Assembly: GCA_003331645.1 (NCBI GenBank)
Contig: QOPI01000001.1
Coordinates: 2,901-66,900, forward strand
Direction of reading: 5' to 3'
Length of the DNA: 64,000 nucleotides
Source: SAR86 cluster bacterium
Lineage (GTDB): Bacteria; Pseudomonadota; Gammaproteobacteria; Magnimaribacterales; D2472
The notes beneath the pieces were generated by a model. The model was given only the letters and a program-made list of their open reading frames with translations, was not told the origin of the DNA and did no database searches. A program made the translations under genes and the position numbers. Numbering within the stretch: position 1 is the stretch's first letter; each line of letters begins with the position of its first letter. Below, one piece after another: positions 51,955 through 64,000 of this stretch.

Positions 51955-52586
51955 TTTTTCTTTACTGATGGTTTGATTTTTAGTTCAGATCCATTAAAGC
52001 CAGGAACTGCTCCTTTTATATAAAGGACACTATTTTCTATATCCAAGTCAACTATCTTTAAATTTTGAACAGTGGTTGTTGCATTACCCATATGCCCTGA
52101 CATTTTTTTTCCTTTCCAAACTCTTCCAGGAGTTTGACATTGGCCAATTGAACCATGAGCTCTGTGAGATAATGAGTTACCATGGGTTGCATCCTGCATT
52201 GCAAAATTATGACGCTTAATAACTCCAGCATATCCTTTACCTTTTGAAGTGCCTGTAATGTCGACATGTTGTCCAGCCTCAAAGACATCAGCAGTTAAAT
52301 GCTTTCCAATTTGAAACTCTGCAATATTTTCAACATCAGTTCTGAACTCAGCTAGGCTACCTGGTTCAAGATTAACTTTCTTAAAGAATTCTTTCGTTGA
52401 TTTAGTTAGATTATTTGATTTTTTTGTTTTTGAAACTACTAGAGCGTCATATCCATCTCTTTGTTCGGTTTTAATATCTGCAACAAAATTACCTGCAACT
52501 GAGACAACAGTTACCGGTATAGAAGTTCCGTCTTCTTGAAAAAGACGTGACATTCCAGATTTTTTTCCTATTAAGCCAGTGCTCAA
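51951..52586 (-). CDS. rplC: 50S ribosomal protein L3
   Basis: 211 aa with [13 protein letters not shown] and [13 protein letters not shown] motifs. The start is TTG, with an AAGGAGAG SD. Confidence 0.97.
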   Translation of the reverse strand: MSTGLIGKKSGMSRLFQEDGTSIPVTVVSVAGNFVADIKTEQRDGYDALVVSKTKKSNNLTKSTKEFFKKVNLEPGSLAEFRTDVENIAEFQIGKHLTADVFEAGQHVDITGTSKGKGYAGVIKRHNFAMQDATHGNSLSHRAHGSIGQCQTPGRVWKGKKMSGHMGNATTTVQNLKIVDLDIENSVLYIKGAVPGFNGSELKIKPSVKKK

Positions 52587-52645
52587 TTTTCTCTCCTTTT
52601 TACGGGGCTATTAACCCTCTATGGCCGCTAAAGCGTTAAAAATTA

Positions 52646-52957
52646 TTAACCTAAACTTATTTGGACATCAACACCAGCTGATAAGTCTAGTTTCATTAAT
52701 GCATCAACTGTCTTATCAGTAGGCTCTACTATATCCATAAGCCTTTTATATGTAACTATTTCGTATTGATCTCTAGCATCTTTATCTTTATGCGGAGAAG
52801 TCAATATTGTTGTTCTCTCTTTTTTTATAGGCATTGGAATTGGACCTTTCACTAATGCACCAGTTTTCTTCACAGTTTCTACAATTAATTTTGCAGATGC
52901 ATCTATCAATCTATAATCGAAAGCCTTAAGCCTAATTCTGATTGATTGATTCTCCAT
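52646..52957 (-). CDS. rpsJ: 30S ribosomal protein S10
   Basis: 103 aa beginning [19 protein letters not shown], with [29 protein letters not shown]. Confidence 0.97.
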   Translation of the reverse strand: MENQSIRIRLKAFDYRLIDASAKLIVETVKKTGALVKGPIPMPIKKERTTILTSPHKDKDARDQYEIVTYKRLMDIVEPTDKTVDALMKLDLSAGVDVQISLG

Positions 52958-53021
52958 TGTTCCTATTTTTACCTATTTATTTTTTCAATTACCACGGTGC
53001 GTAAATCGCAAAATGTGGCGT

Positions 53022-53051
53022 ATTCTAAGCCCCTAAGAGCAGTACTGTCAA
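53022..53051 (-). promoter_or_regulatory. putative sigma70 promoter plus short leader of the S10 (rpsJ) cluster
   Basis: The minus strand reads TTGACA (53051..53046), an 18-nt spacer, then TAGAAT (53027..53022). The downstream leader can fold as CCAC-AUUU-[UGCG-AUUUA-CGCA]-CC-GUGG before the rpsJ ATG at 52957. Confidence 0.45.
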
Positions 53052-53080
53052 CAAAATTGAACAGTTTTATCTATTATGTT

Positions 53081-55183
53081 TTAGGACGATTTCAGCCCTT
53101 CAGCGATATTACTTGGAACTTCACCATATTTAGTGAATTCCATAGTAAAAGTTGCTCTCCCTTGTGTTTGAGATCTTAAATCTGTTGCATAACCAAACAT
53201 TTCTGCAAGAGGCACTTCAGAGGACACTTCTTTACCCGAAGTAATATCATCCATTCCTAAAATTATCCCTCTTCTTCTATTAAGATCTCCAACTACATCA
53301 CCCATATGATCTTCTGGAGTTACTACCACTACCTTCATAATTGGTTCCAATAAGGCTGGTTTTGCTTTATTTGCTCCATCTTTTAAAGCCATTGATCCTG
53401 CAATTTTAAATGCCATTTCGTTAGAATCAACATCATGAAAAGATCCATCATAAAGAGTTGCTCTTAAAGCAAGCAGCGGATATCCTGCAATAACACCGTT
53501 TTGCATTTGTTCTTGTATGCCTTTATTTACAGCTGGTATATATTCCTTAGGGATAACTCCACCAACAATTTTATCTACAAATTCATATTCATCATCAAGC
53601 CCTAGTGGTTCTAGTTTTAACCAAACATGACCATACTGGCCTTTACCGCCACTTTGTCTTACAAATTTTCCTTCAACGTCAACTGTTTCTTTGATTGTTT
53701 CTCTATAAGCAACTTGTGGCTTGCCAATATTTGCTTCTACAGAAAACTCTCTTCTCATTCTATCAACAAGAACATCTAAATGAAGTTCACCCATTCCAGA
53801 AATAATTGTTTGACCAGACTCTTCATCACTAGTAACTCTAAAAGAAGGATCTTCTTGTGCTAACTTACCTAATGCCATAGACATCTTTTCTTGATCTGGC
53901 TTTGACTTAGGTTCAACGGCTACAGATATAACTGGCTCTGGGAAATCCATTCTTTCAAGAACAATTGGCTTTGATGCATCAGAAAGGGTATCCCCGGTTG
54001 TAATATCTTTTAAACCAATACAAGCTGCAATATCACCAGCTCTAACTTCTTTAATTTCTTCTCTATTATTTGAATGCATTTGCACCATTCTTCCAACTCT
54101 TTCTTTTTTTGATTTTGTTGTATTCATAACACCATCGCCAACAGATAGAACCCCAGAATAAACTCTTATAAATGTTAATGTTCCTACAAATGGATCTGTC
54201 GCAATCTTAAAAGCAAGTGCTGAAAAAGGTTCATCATCTGAAGATTTCCTAGAATCGCTTTCTTCATCTTCTTCAGAATTATTAGGAATAACTCCTTCGA
54301 TAGCCTTAACCTCATCTGGTGCAGGTAAGAAATCAACAATTGCATCGAGCATTGCTTGCACACCTTTATTTTTAAATGCAGATCCGCATAAACCTAATAT
54401 CACTTCGTTAGATAGTGATCTTATCCTTAAACCTTCTTTAATTTGTTCAACAGAAAGATCTCCAGATTCTAGATATGCATCCATAAGCTCTTCATTGGCT
54501 TCTGCTGCTGCTTCTAACATTTCTTCTCTTAAAGCATTACATTTTTCTAAAAGCTCATCTGGGATTTCTTTAGAATCAAAAGTTAAGCCTTGATCTTCTT
54601 CGTTCCAATAAATAGCTCTCATATTTATTAAATCAACAACACCTTTAAAATTTTCTTCTGCACCTATGTTGTATTGAATAGGAACTATATTTGCTTGGAG
54701 TCTATCTTTAATTTGTGCAACAACCCTCTCAAAGTCTGCACCAGCTCTATCCATTTTGTTAACAAAAACAATTCTTGGGACTTCATATCTATTTGCTTGT
54801 CTCCATACAGTTTCTGATTGAGGTTCTACTCCCGATGTTCCACAAAATACTACTACAGCGCCATCCAAAACTCTTAAAGATCTTTCAACTTCAATAGTAA
54901 AGTCAACGTGACCAGGTGTATCAATAATATTAATTCTATGTTGAGGAAACTGTTGTTCCATCCCACTCCAAAAACATGTGGTTGCAGCTGAAGTGATAGT
55001 AATTCCCCGTTCTTGCTCTTGCTCCATCCAATCCATTACCGCTGCTCCATCATGGACCTCGCCAATCTTATGCGATAAACCGGTATAGAAAAGAACCCTT
55101 TCAGTTGTAGTTGTTTTCCCAGCATCAACGTGAGCACATATACCAACATTACGATATTTATTTAGAACAATTTCTCTAGCCAT
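53081..55183 (-). CDS. fusA: elongation factor G
   Basis: 700 aa with [34 protein letters not shown] and NKMDR motifs. Confidence 0.98.
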   Translation of the reverse strand: MAREIVLNKYRNVGICAHVDAGKTTTTERVLFYTGLSHKIGEVHDGAAVMDWMEQEQERGITITSAATTCFWSGMEQQFPQHRINIIDTPGHVDFTIEVERSLRVLDGAVVVFCGTSGVEPQSETVWRQANRYEVPRIVFVNKMDRAGADFERVVAQIKDRLQANIVPIQYNIGAEENFKGVVDLINMRAIYWNEEDQGLTFDSKEIPDELLEKCNALREEMLEAAAEANEELMDAYLESGDLSVEQIKEGLRIRSLSNEVILGLCGSAFKNKGVQAMLDAIVDFLPAPDEVKAIEGVIPNNSEEDEESDSRKSSDDEPFSALAFKIATDPFVGTLTFIRVYSGVLSVGDGVMNTTKSKKERVGRMVQMHSNNREEIKEVRAGDIAACIGLKDITTGDTLSDASKPIVLERMDFPEPVISVAVEPKSKPDQEKMSMALGKLAQEDPSFRVTSDEESGQTIISGMGELHLDVLVDRMRREFSVEANIGKPQVAYRETIKETVDVEGKFVRQSGGKGQYGHVWLKLEPLGLDDEYEFVDKIVGGVIPKEYIPAVNKGIQEQMQNGVIAGYPLLALRATLYDGSFHDVDSNEMAFKIAGSMALKDGANKAKPALLEPIMKVVVVTPEDHMGDVVGDLNRRRGIILGMDDITSGKEVSSEVPLAEMFGYATDLRSQTQGRATFTMEFTKYGEVPSNIAEGLKSS

Positions 55184-55203
55184 AATTTATGTTTATATTT
55201 TGA

Positions 55204-55674
55204 TTAAAATCTAAAATGGGAAAAAGCCTTATTGGCTTCAGCTTGTTTGTGAACGTCCTCTCTCTTCTTAACAGCATTTCCTTTTTTTTGTGAAGCATCT
55301 GTTAACTCGCCTGCTAGTCTAAGATGCATTGATTTTTCACTTCTTTTTCTTGCAGCATCGACTATCCATCTCATGGCTAAAGCTTGTCTTCTAGATGGCC
55401 TTACTTCAATTGGCACTTGGTAATTAGCTCCACCGACTCTTCTTGATTTTACTTCTACAACCGGACTAACTTCATGAAGAGCTTTCATAAAGACTTCTAA
55501 TGGATCTTCTTTAGTGGTTTCAGTGATTCTATCAAAAGCCCCATATACTATTTTCTCAGCTATAGATTTTTTACCGTCTTTCATAAGATTATTCATAAAC
55601 TTAGCTAGAATAATATCTTTGTATTTTGGATCTGGTAGTATCTTTCTTTTTTCAGGACTTCTTCTTCTAGGCAT
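55204..55674 (-). CDS. rpsG: 30S ribosomal protein S7
   Basis: 156 aa beginning [18 protein letters not shown], ending NKAFSHFRF. Confidence 0.97.
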   Translation of the reverse strand: MPRRRSPEKRKILPDPKYKDIILAKFMNNLMKDGKKSIAEKIVYGAFDRITETTKEDPLEVFMKALHEVSPVVEVKSRRVGGANYQVPIEVRPSRRQALAMRWIVDAARKRSEKSMHLRLAGELTDASQKKGNAVKKREDVHKQAEANKAFSHFRF

Positions 55675-55676
55675 AA

Positions 55677-56048
55677 TTATTTACCTTTTTTAGCGCCATA
55701 TTTTGAACGCCTTTGTTTTCTATTTGCCACGCCAGAAGTATCTAACGCTCCTCTTACAGTGTGATAGCGAACACCAGGTAAATCTTTGACTCTTCCGCCT
55801 CTTATAAGAACAAGAGAATGCTCTTGAAGGTTATGTCCTTCACCGCCAATATAAGAAGTAACCTCATATCCACTAGTTAACCTAACTCTGCAAACTTTTC
55901 TTAAAGCTGAATTTGGTTTTTTTGGAGTTGTTGTATATACCCTAGTGCAAACTCCTCTTCTTTGAGGACATGCTTCAAGAGCAGGCACATCAGTTTTTTT
56001 GATTTTAGGTTTTCTAGATTTTTTTACTAGTTGATTTACTGTAGCCAT
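55677..56048 (-). CDS. rpsL: 30S ribosomal protein S12
   Basis: 123 aa beginning [13 protein letters not shown], with [19 protein letters not shown] and [13 protein letters not shown] motifs. Confidence 0.98.
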   Translation of the reverse strand: MATVNQLVKKSRKPKIKKTDVPALEACPQRRGVCTRVYTTTPKKPNSALRKVCRVRLTSGYEVTSYIGGEGHNLQEHSLVLIRGGRVKDLPGVRYHTVRGALDTSGVANRKQRRSKYGAKKGK

Positions 56049-56071
56049 AATAATTATTTAAGTTTGAGCGC

Positions 56072-56100
56072 GATTTTATAGATCTGAATAGTTGCGGTCA
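56072..56100 (-). promoter_or_regulatory. putative sigma70 promoter of rpsL-rpsG-fusA
   Basis: The minus strand reads TTGACC (56100..56095), a 17-nt spacer, then TAAAAT (56077..56072), ending 23 nt before the rpsL ATG. It lies in the 55-nt rpoC-rpsL gap. Confidence 0.5.
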
Positions 56101-56103
56101 ATA

Positions 56104-59100
56104 CTATTCCTCACTTTCTTGAAGCTCTTGTCTTAGTGCAGCTTCTATATCATCTGCAGAAAGAGTTGATTCTTCAAGATCAATTTGTTTTTTATTCTTA
56201 AGTCTGTCATGGAATTCCATTCCTGTTCCAGCTGGAACTAGCCTTCCTACAACAACGTTTTCTTTCAGTCCTCTCAGATGATCTTTCTTACCTGTAACTG
56301 CAGCCTCTGTTAGCACTCTAGTTGTTTCTTGAAAAGAAGCGGCTGATATAAATGAATCTGTTGCAAGAGAAGCTTTGGTTATGCCTAATAATACTCTTTC
56401 ATAATCTGCTGGTGTATTACCAGCATCAGCAACTTTCTTGTTCTCTTCTGTCATATCAGCATAACTAACCTGATCACCTTGAATAAACTTAGTATCATTT
56501 CCATCTACTATTAGAGCTTTTCTAAGCATTTGTCGAAGAATAGTTTCAATATGCTTATCATTAATGGAAACTCCTTGAAGTCTATATACATCTTGAATTT
56601 CATTAACAATGAAGTTAGTTAATTCTGGAACACCTTTTAATCTAAGAATATCATGTGGGCTATATGGCCCATCAGAAATAATATCTCCCTTAGTTATTCG
56701 TTCACCTTCAAATACTGAAAGAGTTCTATGTTTCGGTATTAACATTTCAGTATTCTGAATCTTCTTTGTAGCGCCATCAGGAGTAATAACAAGTCTAACT
56801 TTTCCTTTAGTTTCTTTACCAAAAGATATAATTCCAGTAGCTTCTGATAAAACAGCAGCATCTTTAGGTTTTCTTGCTTCAAATAGGTCAGCAACTCTAG
56901 GCAAACCACCAGTAATATCTTTCGTTTTTGATGCAACGAGTGGTATTCGAGCTATGACCTCTCCTGAAGTTAATTTTTGCCCAGCTGCTAAATTTACTAA
57001 TGCATTAGCTGGCAAGGTATAAGTTGCTGGAGCCTTGTGGTCGCCAACTAAGACTGGTTTACCTTTTGAATCAACCAGAGATATTGAAGGAACTAATTCT
57101 TTACCTGCAGAAGGTCTCTCAGATATATCTATAACTTCTATACTGCTTAATCCAGTTAATTCATCTGTCTGAGTTCTCACAGAAACACCATCTACAATAT
57201 CATCTAGCCTAACTTTGCCTGATGTTTCTGAAATAATTGGTCTAGTATATGGGTCCCATGAAGCTATTTTTATACCTTCCTCTAAAGAAGCATTATTTTT
57301 CACTTCTAAAGTTGCTCCATATGGAACTTTATATTGTTCTGTAATTTTTCCTTGAGAGTCTGTAATAGTACACATAGTATTCCTAGAAACTACAACTTGC
57401 AGCTTGTCTTTATTGGCTACTGTTTTCATCTCTTCAGAAAAAGACACCATTCCTGCACCTTTATTAAAAATAGCATTATCTTCAGATGAGCTTGATGCAG
57501 CACCACCTATATGGAATGTTCTCATAGTTAACTGTGTGCCAGGCTCTCCAATTGATTGAGCTGCTACAACACCGACTGCTTCACCTCTATGAACTAAATG
57601 TCCTCTAGCAAGATCTCTTCCATAACATTTAGAACAAACTCCGTGCGGAGCTTCGCATGTCATAGGAGAACGAACTTTTAAAGATGATAAGTTTAAAGGC
57701 TCTATTTTACTCAACGCATCTTCATCTAGCATGGTTCCAACTTCAAACATAACATTACCATCATTATCTAAGATTGGTTCTGCAATAACTCTTCCTAATA
57801 TTCTATCTGTTAAAGCTTGAATGATTTCTCCACCATCAATAATAGATGTAACTGTTATTGAGTCTTTTGTTCCACAATCCTCAAGAACAACCACACAATC
57901 TTGAGATACATCAACTAATCTTCGTGTTAAATATCCTGAGTTAGCAGTTTTTAGAGCTGTATCAGCAAGACCTTTTCTAGCTCCATGAGTTGAAATAAAG
58001 TACTGAAGCACTGATAAGCCTTCTCTAAAGTTAGCAGTGATTGGTGTTTCTATAATAGAACCATCAGGTTTAGACATTAGTCCTCGCATTCCTGAAAGCT
58101 GCCTAATTTGTGCTGGAGATCCTCGTGCACCAGAATCAGCATATATATATACAGAGTTAAAAGAAGATTGTTGAACATCATTACCTTCGCTATCAGTAAC
58201 AGTTTCAGAGCTAATTTTTTCCATCATAGCTTTTGCAACTTGCTCATTAGCTCTTGACCAAATATCAATAACTTTGTTGTACCTTTCACCTCTAGTTACT
58301 AACCCTGACTCAAACTGCTTTTCTATTGCTTTAACTTCTTTTTCTGAGGAATCTACAATAGATGCTTTCGCCTCAGGAATAACAAAATCATTAACTCCAA
58401 TTGATGATCCAGATCGCGTTGAAAAATCAAAACCTAAATACATTAATTGGTCAGCAAATATAACAGTTTTCTTTAAACCTGCTTTTCTGTATGAAATGTC
58501 GATAAGCTTTGAAATTGATTTCTTATTTAAAGTTTTATTTATATTATCAAACCCTACTTCAATTGGGGTTACTCTCCAAGCAAGGACTCTTCCAACTGTT
58601 GTATCTTCAATAAATGAACCTTTTTCAGCATTTTCAATTCGACATTTTATTGAAGCATGTAATGAAATTGTTTCAGCTTCAAAAGCTCTTAAAACTTCAT
58701 CAGGGTTACTAAATACTCTTCCTTCGCCCTTAGAATTGACTTTTTCTCGAGTCATGTAATATAAGCCAAGTACCATATCCTGGGTTGGATTAATAATAGG
58801 CGCTCCGTCAGCTGGGGAGAGTATATTATTAGTTGACATCATTAATGCTCTAGCTTCTAGTTGCGCTTCTAAGGTTAGTGGCACATGAACTGCCATTTGA
58901 TCACCATCAAAATCTGCATTAAATGCAACACAAACGAGAGGATGCAGCTGAATAGCTTTGCCTTCAATTAACTTGGGTTCAAAAGCTTGTAATCCTAATC
59001 TATGCAGAGTAGGAGCCCTATTTAACATAACAGGATGTTCTCTTATTACTTCTTCTAGGACTTCCCAAACTTCAGGAGTTTCTCTTTCAACTAATTTTTT

Positions 59101-60285
59101 AGCAGACTTAATAGTGGTTGCTAATTCTCTTTGTTCTAGTTTTCCATAAACAAAAGGTTTAAAAAGCTCCAAAGCCATTTTTTTAGGTAGGCCACACTGA
59201 TGTAGTTTTAGATTAGGACCAGAGACTATTACTGATCGTCCTGAATAATCAACTCTTTTTCCTAAAAGGTTTTGTCTAAATCTCCCGCCTTTTCCTTTTA
59301 TCATGTCAGCTAAAGATTTCAAAGGTCTCTTATTGGTTCCAGTTATTACTCTTCCTCGTCTTCCGTTATCTAATAAAGCGTCAACTGACTCTTGCAACAT
59401 CCTCTTTTCATTTCTAACAATTATGTCAGGAGCGCTGAGCTCAAGAAGTCTTTTTAGCCTATTATTTCTGTTAATGACTCTTCTATATAAATCATTTAGA
59501 TCTGAAGTAGCAAATCTGCCACCTTCTAAAGGAACTAGGGGTCTCAAATCTGGAGGAAGGACTGGTAAAACTGTCATAACCATCCACTCAGGCTTATTTC
59601 CTGAATCTTTAAACGCTTCAAGCAGCTTTAATCTTTTTGAAAGTTTTTTTAATTTAGTTTCTGAATTAGTTTGTGGAATTTCTTCTCTGATTATTCTTAT
59701 TTCATCTTCTATATCTAATTCTTGTAAAAGACCTTGAATAGCTTCAGCGCCCATGTCAGCGCTAAAATCATCGCCATATTCATCAAAAGCTTCAACAAAT
59801 TCTTCTTCTGTGAGAATTTGTCCTTTCTCTAAATCTGTTAAACCAGGATCCGTAACAATATAGCTTTCAAAGTATAGAACTCTCTCAATTTCTCTTAGTG
59901 TAATATCAAGCAGTAATCCTATTCTAGATGGTAAAGATTTAAGGAACCAAATATGAGCTACAGGAGCTGCAAGATCAATGTGCCCCATTCTTTCTCTTCT
60001 AACTTTTGCTAATGTGACTTCAACCCCACATTTTTCGCAAACAACACCTCTGTGCTTCATTCGTTTATACTTGCCACAAATACATTCGTAATCTTTTATT
60101 GGTCCAAATATCTTTGCACAAAAAAGCCCGTCTCTTTCTGGTTTAAAAGTTCTGTAGTTAATAGTTTCAGGTTTTTTAACTTCTCCAAAAGACCATGACT
60201 TGATCATTTGCGGTGAAGCTAGTCCAGCAGATATTGTAGAAAAATCATCTTGACCTGATTTTAGTAAATTTAATAAGTCTCTCAA
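56104..60285 (-). CDS. rpoC: DNA-directed RNA polymerase beta' subunit
   Basis: 1393 aa with [33 protein letters not shown], the zinc motif [20 protein letters not shown], and the catalytic NADFDGDQM. The start is TTG at 60285, with a GGAG SD overlapping the rpoB stop. Confidence 0.99.
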   Translation of the reverse strand: MRDLLNLLKSGQDDFSTISAGLASPQMIKSWSFGEVKKPETINYRTFKPERDGLFCAKIFGPIKDYECICGKYKRMKHRGVVCEKCGVEVTLAKVRRERMGHIDLAAPVAHIWFLKSLPSRIGLLLDITLREIERVLYFESYIVTDPGLTDLEKGQILTEEEFVEAFDEYGDDFSADMGAEAIQGLLQELDIEDEIRIIREEIPQTNSETKLKKLSKRLKLLEAFKDSGNKPEWMVMTVLPVLPPDLRPLVPLEGGRFATSDLNDLYRRVINRNNRLKRLLELSAPDIIVRNEKRMLQESVDALLDNGRRGRVITGTNKRPLKSLADMIKGKGGRFRQNLLGKRVDYSGRSVIVSGPNLKLHQCGLPKKMALELFKPFVYGKLEQRELATTIKSAKKLVERETPEVWEVLEEVIREHPVMLNRAPTLHRLGLQAFEPKLIEGKAIQLHPLVCVAFNADFDGDQMAVHVPLTLEAQLEARALMMSTNNILSPADGAPIINPTQDMVLGLYYMTREKVNSKGEGRVFSNPDEVLRAFEAETISLHASIKCRIENAEKGSFIEDTTVGRVLAWRVTPIEVGFDNINKTLNKKSISKLIDISYRKAGLKKTVIFADQLMYLGFDFSTRSGSSIGVNDFVIPEAKASIVDSSEKEVKAIEKQFESGLVTRGERYNKVIDIWSRANEQVAKAMMEKISSETVTDSEGNDVQQSSFNSVYIYADSGARGSPAQIRQLSGMRGLMSKPDGSIIETPITANFREGLSVLQYFISTHGARKGLADTALKTANSGYLTRRLVDVSQDCVVVLEDCGTKDSITVTSIIDGGEIIQALTDRILGRVIAEPILDNDGNVMFEVGTMLDEDALSKIEPLNLSSLKVRSPMTCEAPHGVCSKCYGRDLARGHLVHRGEAVGVVAAQSIGEPGTQLTMRTFHIGGAASSSSEDNAIFNKGAGMVSFSEEMKTVANKDKLQVVVSRNTMCTITDSQGKITEQYKVPYGATLEVKNNASLEEGIKIASWDPYTRPIISETSGKVRLDDIVDGVSVRTQTDELTGLSSIEVIDISERPSAGKELVPSISLVDSKGKPVLVGDHKAPATYTLPANALVNLAAGQKLTSGEVIARIPLVASKTKDITGGLPRVADLFEARKPKDAAVLSEATGIISFGKETKGKVRLVITPDGATKKIQNTEMLIPKHRTLSVFEGERITKGDIISDGPYSPHDILRLKGVPELTNFIVNEIQDVYRLQGVSINDKHIETILRQMLRKALIVDGNDTKFIQGDQVSYADMTEENKKVADAGNTPADYERVLLGITKASLATDSFISAASFQETTRVLTEAAVTGKKDHLRGLKENVVVGRLVPAGTGMEFHDRLKNKKQIDLEESTLSADDIEAALRQELQESEE

Positions 60286-60294
60286 TTTTATCTC

Positions 60295-63200
60295 CTAATT
60301 TTCTGAATCTAATTCAATATTAATTCCAAGTGATTTAATTTCCTTACTAAGGACATTAAATGACTCAGGGATATTTGCATCCATTTGATAGGATCCATCA
60401 ACAATATTCTTATACATCTTTGTTCTTCCAGCCACATCATCTGATTTAACTGTTAGCATTTCTTGAAGTGTATATGATGCTCCATATGCTTCCAGTGCCC
60501 AAACCTCCATTTCTCCAAATCTTTGACCGCCGAATTGAGCTTTACCACCTAACGGTTGTTGAGTCACTAAGCTATATGAACCAGTTGATCTAGCATGCAT
60601 TTTGTCATCTACTAAATGATTTAGTTTGATAATATACATATAACCAACCGTAACTGGTCTCTCAAATTTAGTACCAGTTCTGCCATCGTACAATGTGAAT
60701 TGACCTGATTCAGGTAAATCTGCAAGTTTTAATAGGTCTTTAATTTCACTTTCTTTAGCTCCATCAAAAACAGGAGTTGCAATTGGCAAACCAGAAGTTA
60801 GGTTTGAAGCCAATTCAGATATTTCAGAATTATTGAATGCATCTAAATCTTCTTTATTTGCAGCACCTTTGTTATATAACTTATCAAGATAATCTTTGAG
60901 TTCTGAAGGCTTAGCATTCTGATTCAGCATTGCATCAATTCTATCTCCAATACCTTTTGCTGCCATTCCCATATGAGTTTCTAAAATCTGACCAACATTC
61001 ATTCTAGAAGGAACTCCTAGAGGGTTTAATACAATATCAACTGGTACACCATATTCATCATGAGGCATATCTTCAATAGGCATTATTTCAGAAATAACAC
61101 CTTTATTACCATGCCTTCCAGCCATCTTGTCACCAGGTTGAATTCTTCTTTTAATTGCCAAATAAACTTTAACAATTTTGATTACTCCAGGTGCTAAATC
61201 ATGTCCTCTTATAATTTTTTCTCTTTTTTCTTCGAATCTAGTTTTTATATCTTTTAGATATTGTTTTAAATTCTTTTCAGTTTCTTCAATTCTTGAGTTT
61301 GCTGAATCTGAATTAGTCCTAATTGCAAGCAAATCATCCAAAGTAAAATCTTTTAGAGTTTCTAAAGTAAGAGAGGTGCCTTTTTTAATGCCTGTGCCAG
61401 TTGCTTTTACAACCTTGTTACCTTTTAAAATTTCAGCAGCTCTTAATTTAGTAGCTTCTTCAACAATTCTTGTTTCATCATCAGCATCCTTCTTGGATTC
61501 TGCTAGATGCTCCTCTTCAATTGCTTGTGTTCTTGTGTCCTTTTCGACTCCATCTCTAGTAAAGACTTCAACGCCAATTACAGTACCTTTTGTACTTGAA
61601 GGTGCCCTTAAAGATGTATCTTTTACATCTGATGCTTTTTCACCAAAAATAGCTCTTAATAATTTTTCTTCTGGTGAGAGTTGAGTTTCGCCTTTTGGAG
61701 TAATTTTTCCAACTAAAATATCTCCAGGTTCAACCTCTGCACCAACATAAACTATTCCACAATCATCTAGTTTGCCTAATGATCCTTCACCTACATTTGG
61801 AATATCAGCAGTTATTTCTTCTGAGCCAAGCTTAGTATCTCTTGCTATACATGTTAGCTCTTGTATATGTATAGATGTGAATCTATCTTCTCGAGCTACT
61901 TTTTCTGAAATTAAAATTGAATCTTCAAAGTTATAGCCATTCCATGGCATAAACGCAATCCTAATATTTTGACCAAGAGCTAATTCGCCGTTATCAATTG
62001 ATGGCCCATCAGCTAAAACATCTCCAGCTTTAACTTTATCGCCAACTTTTACAATTGGTCTTTGGTTGATGCATGTATTTTGATTAGATCTTGTATATTT
62101 AATTAAGTTATATACATCAACAGCGGAACTGCTATGTTTAGTATCGGTTACGCGAACAACTATTCTAGCTGCATCAACATTTTCAACAATACCATTTGTT
62201 TTAGAAACAATACAAACACCTGAATCTCTAGCAACAACTGACTCTAAACCTGTTCCAACTAGTGGCTTTTCAGGTCTTAAACATGGCACTGCTTGACGTT
62301 GCATGTTTGATCCCATGAGGGCTCTATTAGCATCATCATGTTCTAAGAATGGTATTAAAGATGCCGCAACAGAAACAACCTGCTGAGGCGATACATCCAT
62401 TAAGTCAACTCTATCTGGTGACATGAGCTCGAATTCGCTTGCATGACGAACTGCAACTAAATCATCTACAAATTTATTATTTTTATCTAAAACAACATTT
62501 GCCTGCGCAATAACATGCTCACCCTCATCAATAGCAGATAAATAAACAATCTCATCTGTTACCTTTCCATTTAAAACCTTTCTGTATGGTGTTTCTATAA
62601 AGCCGTAATCATTAGTTTTTGCATAGGAAGCAAAAGAATTAATTAATCCAATGTTTGGTCCTTCAGGTGTTTCAATTGGGCAAACCCTTCCATAATGAGT
62701 AGGATGAACATCTCTTACTTCAAAACCAGCTCTTTCTCTTGTTAGACCTCCAGGCCCTAGAGCAGAAACTCTCCTTTTGTGGGTAATCTCTGATAAGGGA
62801 TTATTCTGATCCATGAATTGAGATAATTGGCTTGAGCCAAAGAATTCTTTTATAGCTGCTGTAACAGGCTTAGCATTGATTAGATCTTGAGGACCTAACT
62901 CATCAGCTTCAGCCATACTTAATCTTTCTCTTACTGCTCTTTCAACTCTTATCAATCCGACTCTAAATTGATTAGCAGTCATTTCTCCTACTGATCTAAC
63001 TCTTCTATTACCTAGATGATCGATATCATCAACAATATCATGGCCATCTCTTATGTTAACAATGCCTTTCATTACTTCAATAATGTCAGCCTTATCTAAT
63101 ATATTAGGATTTTCTTTGTCTTCATCTATTCTTAATCTTCTATTAAACTTCATTCTTCCAACCTCTGATAGATCATATCTTTCAGCGTTAAAGAACAGAT

Positions 63201-64000
63201 TATTAAATAATGTATCTGCTGAATCTTTTGTAGGTGGCTCACCTGGTCTCATCATTCTATAAATTTCAACAAGTGCTTCAAGCCTATTAGATGTCGGATC
63301 TGCTCTTAAGGTATCTGAGATATATGGCCCTTTATCCAATTGATTGATATAAAGGCATTCTATATCTAATACATTGTTATCTTTTAGTAATTCTAATACT
63401 GTTATATCTATAAGCGTATTAGCAGAAACTAAAACTTCGCCAGTTTCTTGATTAAATATATCTTTAGCAATAACTTTATTTAAAAGATAATCTTCAGGCA
63501 GTGTTAACTCATTCAAGTTAGATTTAGCCATTTCTCTAACATGGCGCGCTGTTATTCTTTTGCCTGCTTCAACAAAAACCTTACTCTTAACTTTAATATC
63601 AACAGCTAAAGTTTCGCCACGAAGTCTTTCAGGAGTAATCTTTAAATTAATTGTATCTTTATTAAGGGTATAGGCATCGTTATCATAAAAATGAGAGAGA
63701 ATCTCTTCAGTGCCCATATCAAGAGCTCTAAGCATTATGGTAGCAGGTATCTTTCTTCTTCTATCTATTCTACAAAATAAAATATCTTTAGGATCAAATT
63801 CAAAATCCAACCAAGAGCCTCTATAAGGAATTATTCTTGCAGAATATAAAACCTTACCTGAAGAATGAGTTTTACCCTTGTCATGATCAAAAAATACTCC
63901 AGGAGATCTGTGTAATTGTGCTACAACAACTCTCTCAGTTCCATTAATTATAAAAGACCCGTCATCTGTCATTAATGGCACTTCGCCCATAAAAACTTCA
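60295..64000 (-). CDS. rpoB: DNA-directed RNA polymerase beta subunit (N-terminal ~115 aa outside window)
   Basis: The frame stays open to the window edge (...[37 protein letters not shown]), matching E. coli RpoB from about residue 110. It also has the GPNIGLI and NMQRQAVP motifs and the C-terminal region. Confidence 0.99.
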   Translation of the reverse strand, partial: EVFMGEVPLMTDDGSFIINGTERVVVAQLHRSPGVFFDHDKGKTHSSGKVLYSARIIPYRGSWLDFEFDPKDILFCRIDRRRKIPATIMLRALDMGTEEILSHFYDNDAYTLNKDTINLKITPERLRGETLAVDIKVKSKVFVEAGKRITARHVREMAKSNLNELTLPEDYLLNKVIAKDIFNQETGEVLVSANTLIDITVLELLKDNNVLDIECLYINQLDKGPYISDTLRADPTSNRLEALVEIYRMMRPGEPPTKDSADTLFNNLFFNAERYDLSEVGRMKFNRRLRIDEDKENPNILDKADIIEVMKGIVNIRDGHDIVDDIDHLGNRRVRSVGEMTANQFRVGLIRVERAVRERLSMAEADELGPQDLINAKPVTAAIKEFFGSSQLSQFMDQNNPLSEITHKRRVSALGPGGLTRERAGFEVRDVHPTHYGRVCPIETPEGPNIGLINSFASYAKTNDYGFIETPYRKVLNGKVTDEIVYLSAIDEGEHVIAQANVVLDKNNKFVDDLVAVRHASEFELMSPDRVDLMDVSPQQVVSVAASLIPFLEHDDANRALMGSNMQRQAVPCLRPEKPLVGTGLESVVARDSGVCIVSKTNGIVENVDAARIVVRVTDTKHSSSAVDVYNLIKYTRSNQNTCINQRPIVKVGDKVKAGDVLADGPSIDNGELALGQNIRIAFMPWNGYNFEDSILISEKVAREDRFTSIHIQELTCIARDTKLGSEEITADIPNVGEGSLGKLDDCGIVYVGAEVEPGDILVGKITPKGETQLSPEEKLLRAIFGEKASDVKDTSLRAPSSTKGTVIGVEVFTRDGVEKDTRTQAIEEEHLAESKKDADDETRIVEEATKLRAAEILKGNKVVKATGTGIKKGTSLTLETLKDFTLDDLLAIRTNSDSANSRIEETEKNLKQYLKDIKTRFEEKREKIIRGHDLAPGVIKIVKVYLAIKRRIQPGDKMAGRHGNKGVISEIMPIEDMPHDEYGVPVDIVLNPLGVPSRMNVGQILETHMGMAAKGIGDRIDAMLNQNAKPSELKDYLDKLYNKGAANKEDLDAFNNSEISELASNLTSGLPIATPVFDGAKESEIKDLLKLADLPESGQFTLYDGRTGTKFERPVTVGYMYIIKLNHLVDDKMHARSTGSYSLVTQQPLGGKAQFGGQRFGEMEVWALEAYGASYTLQEMLTVKSDDVAGRTKMYKNIVDGSYQMDANIPESFNVLSKEIKSLGINIELDSEN

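Noticed and set aside
52058-52288. Same-strand, alternate-frame ORFs inside rplC (52058..52288), dnaE (4972..5181, 6169..6372) and rpoC (56739..56936).
   Set aside because: They are embedded out of frame in highly conserved genes, with no motifs and no SD. Chance open frames are the likely explanation.
53052-53080. Hairpin ACUGUU...GACAGU just after the fusA stop as an intrinsic terminator.
   Set aside because: It has only about 6 bp including a G-U pair, no following U-tract, and it overlaps the proposed -35 box. The evidence is insufficient.
1-64000. Search for CRISPR arrays, IS elements, integrases, prophage genes, long direct or inverted repeats, rRNA/tRNA genes, and defence or secondary-metabolite clusters that could represent a novel system.
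   Set aside because: None were found by eye. Essentially every ORF over 60 aa in a plausible frame is a recognisable core gene in conserved order, and gene-free sequence totals only about 1.2 kb. I cannot exclude short dispersed repeats without a computational repeat search.

Overview
This window is conserved housekeeping chromosome from a visibly AT-rich, extremely compact genome with gammaproteobacterial (Pseudomonas/E. coli-like) gene order. I support 77 protein genes and one tmRNA. By a hand tally of the gaps, only about 1.2 kb of the 64 kb lies outside genes. The order is: leuA (3' part); a crotonase; tilS-accA-dnaE-rnhB-lpxB-lpxA-fabZ-lpxD-skp-bamA-rseP-dxr-cdsA-uppS-frr-pyrH-tsf-rpsB; dapB-dnaJ-dnaK-grpE; fur; bamE; rnfH-ratA; an NSS transporter plus a small membrane protein; smpB-ssrA; rpsT; obg-rpmA-rplU; ispB-fabA-fabB; an OYE flavoenzyme; a second crotonase; ssb / uvrA; then one uninterrupted ribosomal block rpoB(partial)-rpoC-rpsL-rpsG-fusA-[S10-spc-alpha clusters]-rplQ. 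Nine genes are on the + strand and the rest are on the - strand. rpmJ (L36) is missing from the ORF track and was found by hand. Five starts in the track were moved (rpoA, fabB, ispB, grpE, rplW). I found no CRISPR array, transposase, integrase, phage gene, defence island, rRNA or tRNA, and no credible candidate for a new multi-gene system, so I read this as an ordinary, highly conserved region. The points worth a second look are architectural. There is no tuf gene between fusA and rpsJ. The S10/spc/alpha operons are fused with repeated TAATG stop-start junctions. Every convergent gene pair abuts or overlaps, leaving no room for terminators. A near-consensus sigma32 promoter precedes a grpE-dnaK-dnaJ-dapB unit, and recN is absent from its usual place there. 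A two-gene insertion sits in the conserved ratA-smpB junction. The rpsB leader carries a duplicated SD-containing 9-mer. Several proteins are shortened or carry acidic tails. All function calls rest on motifs and synteny I recognise by eye; no database search was run.
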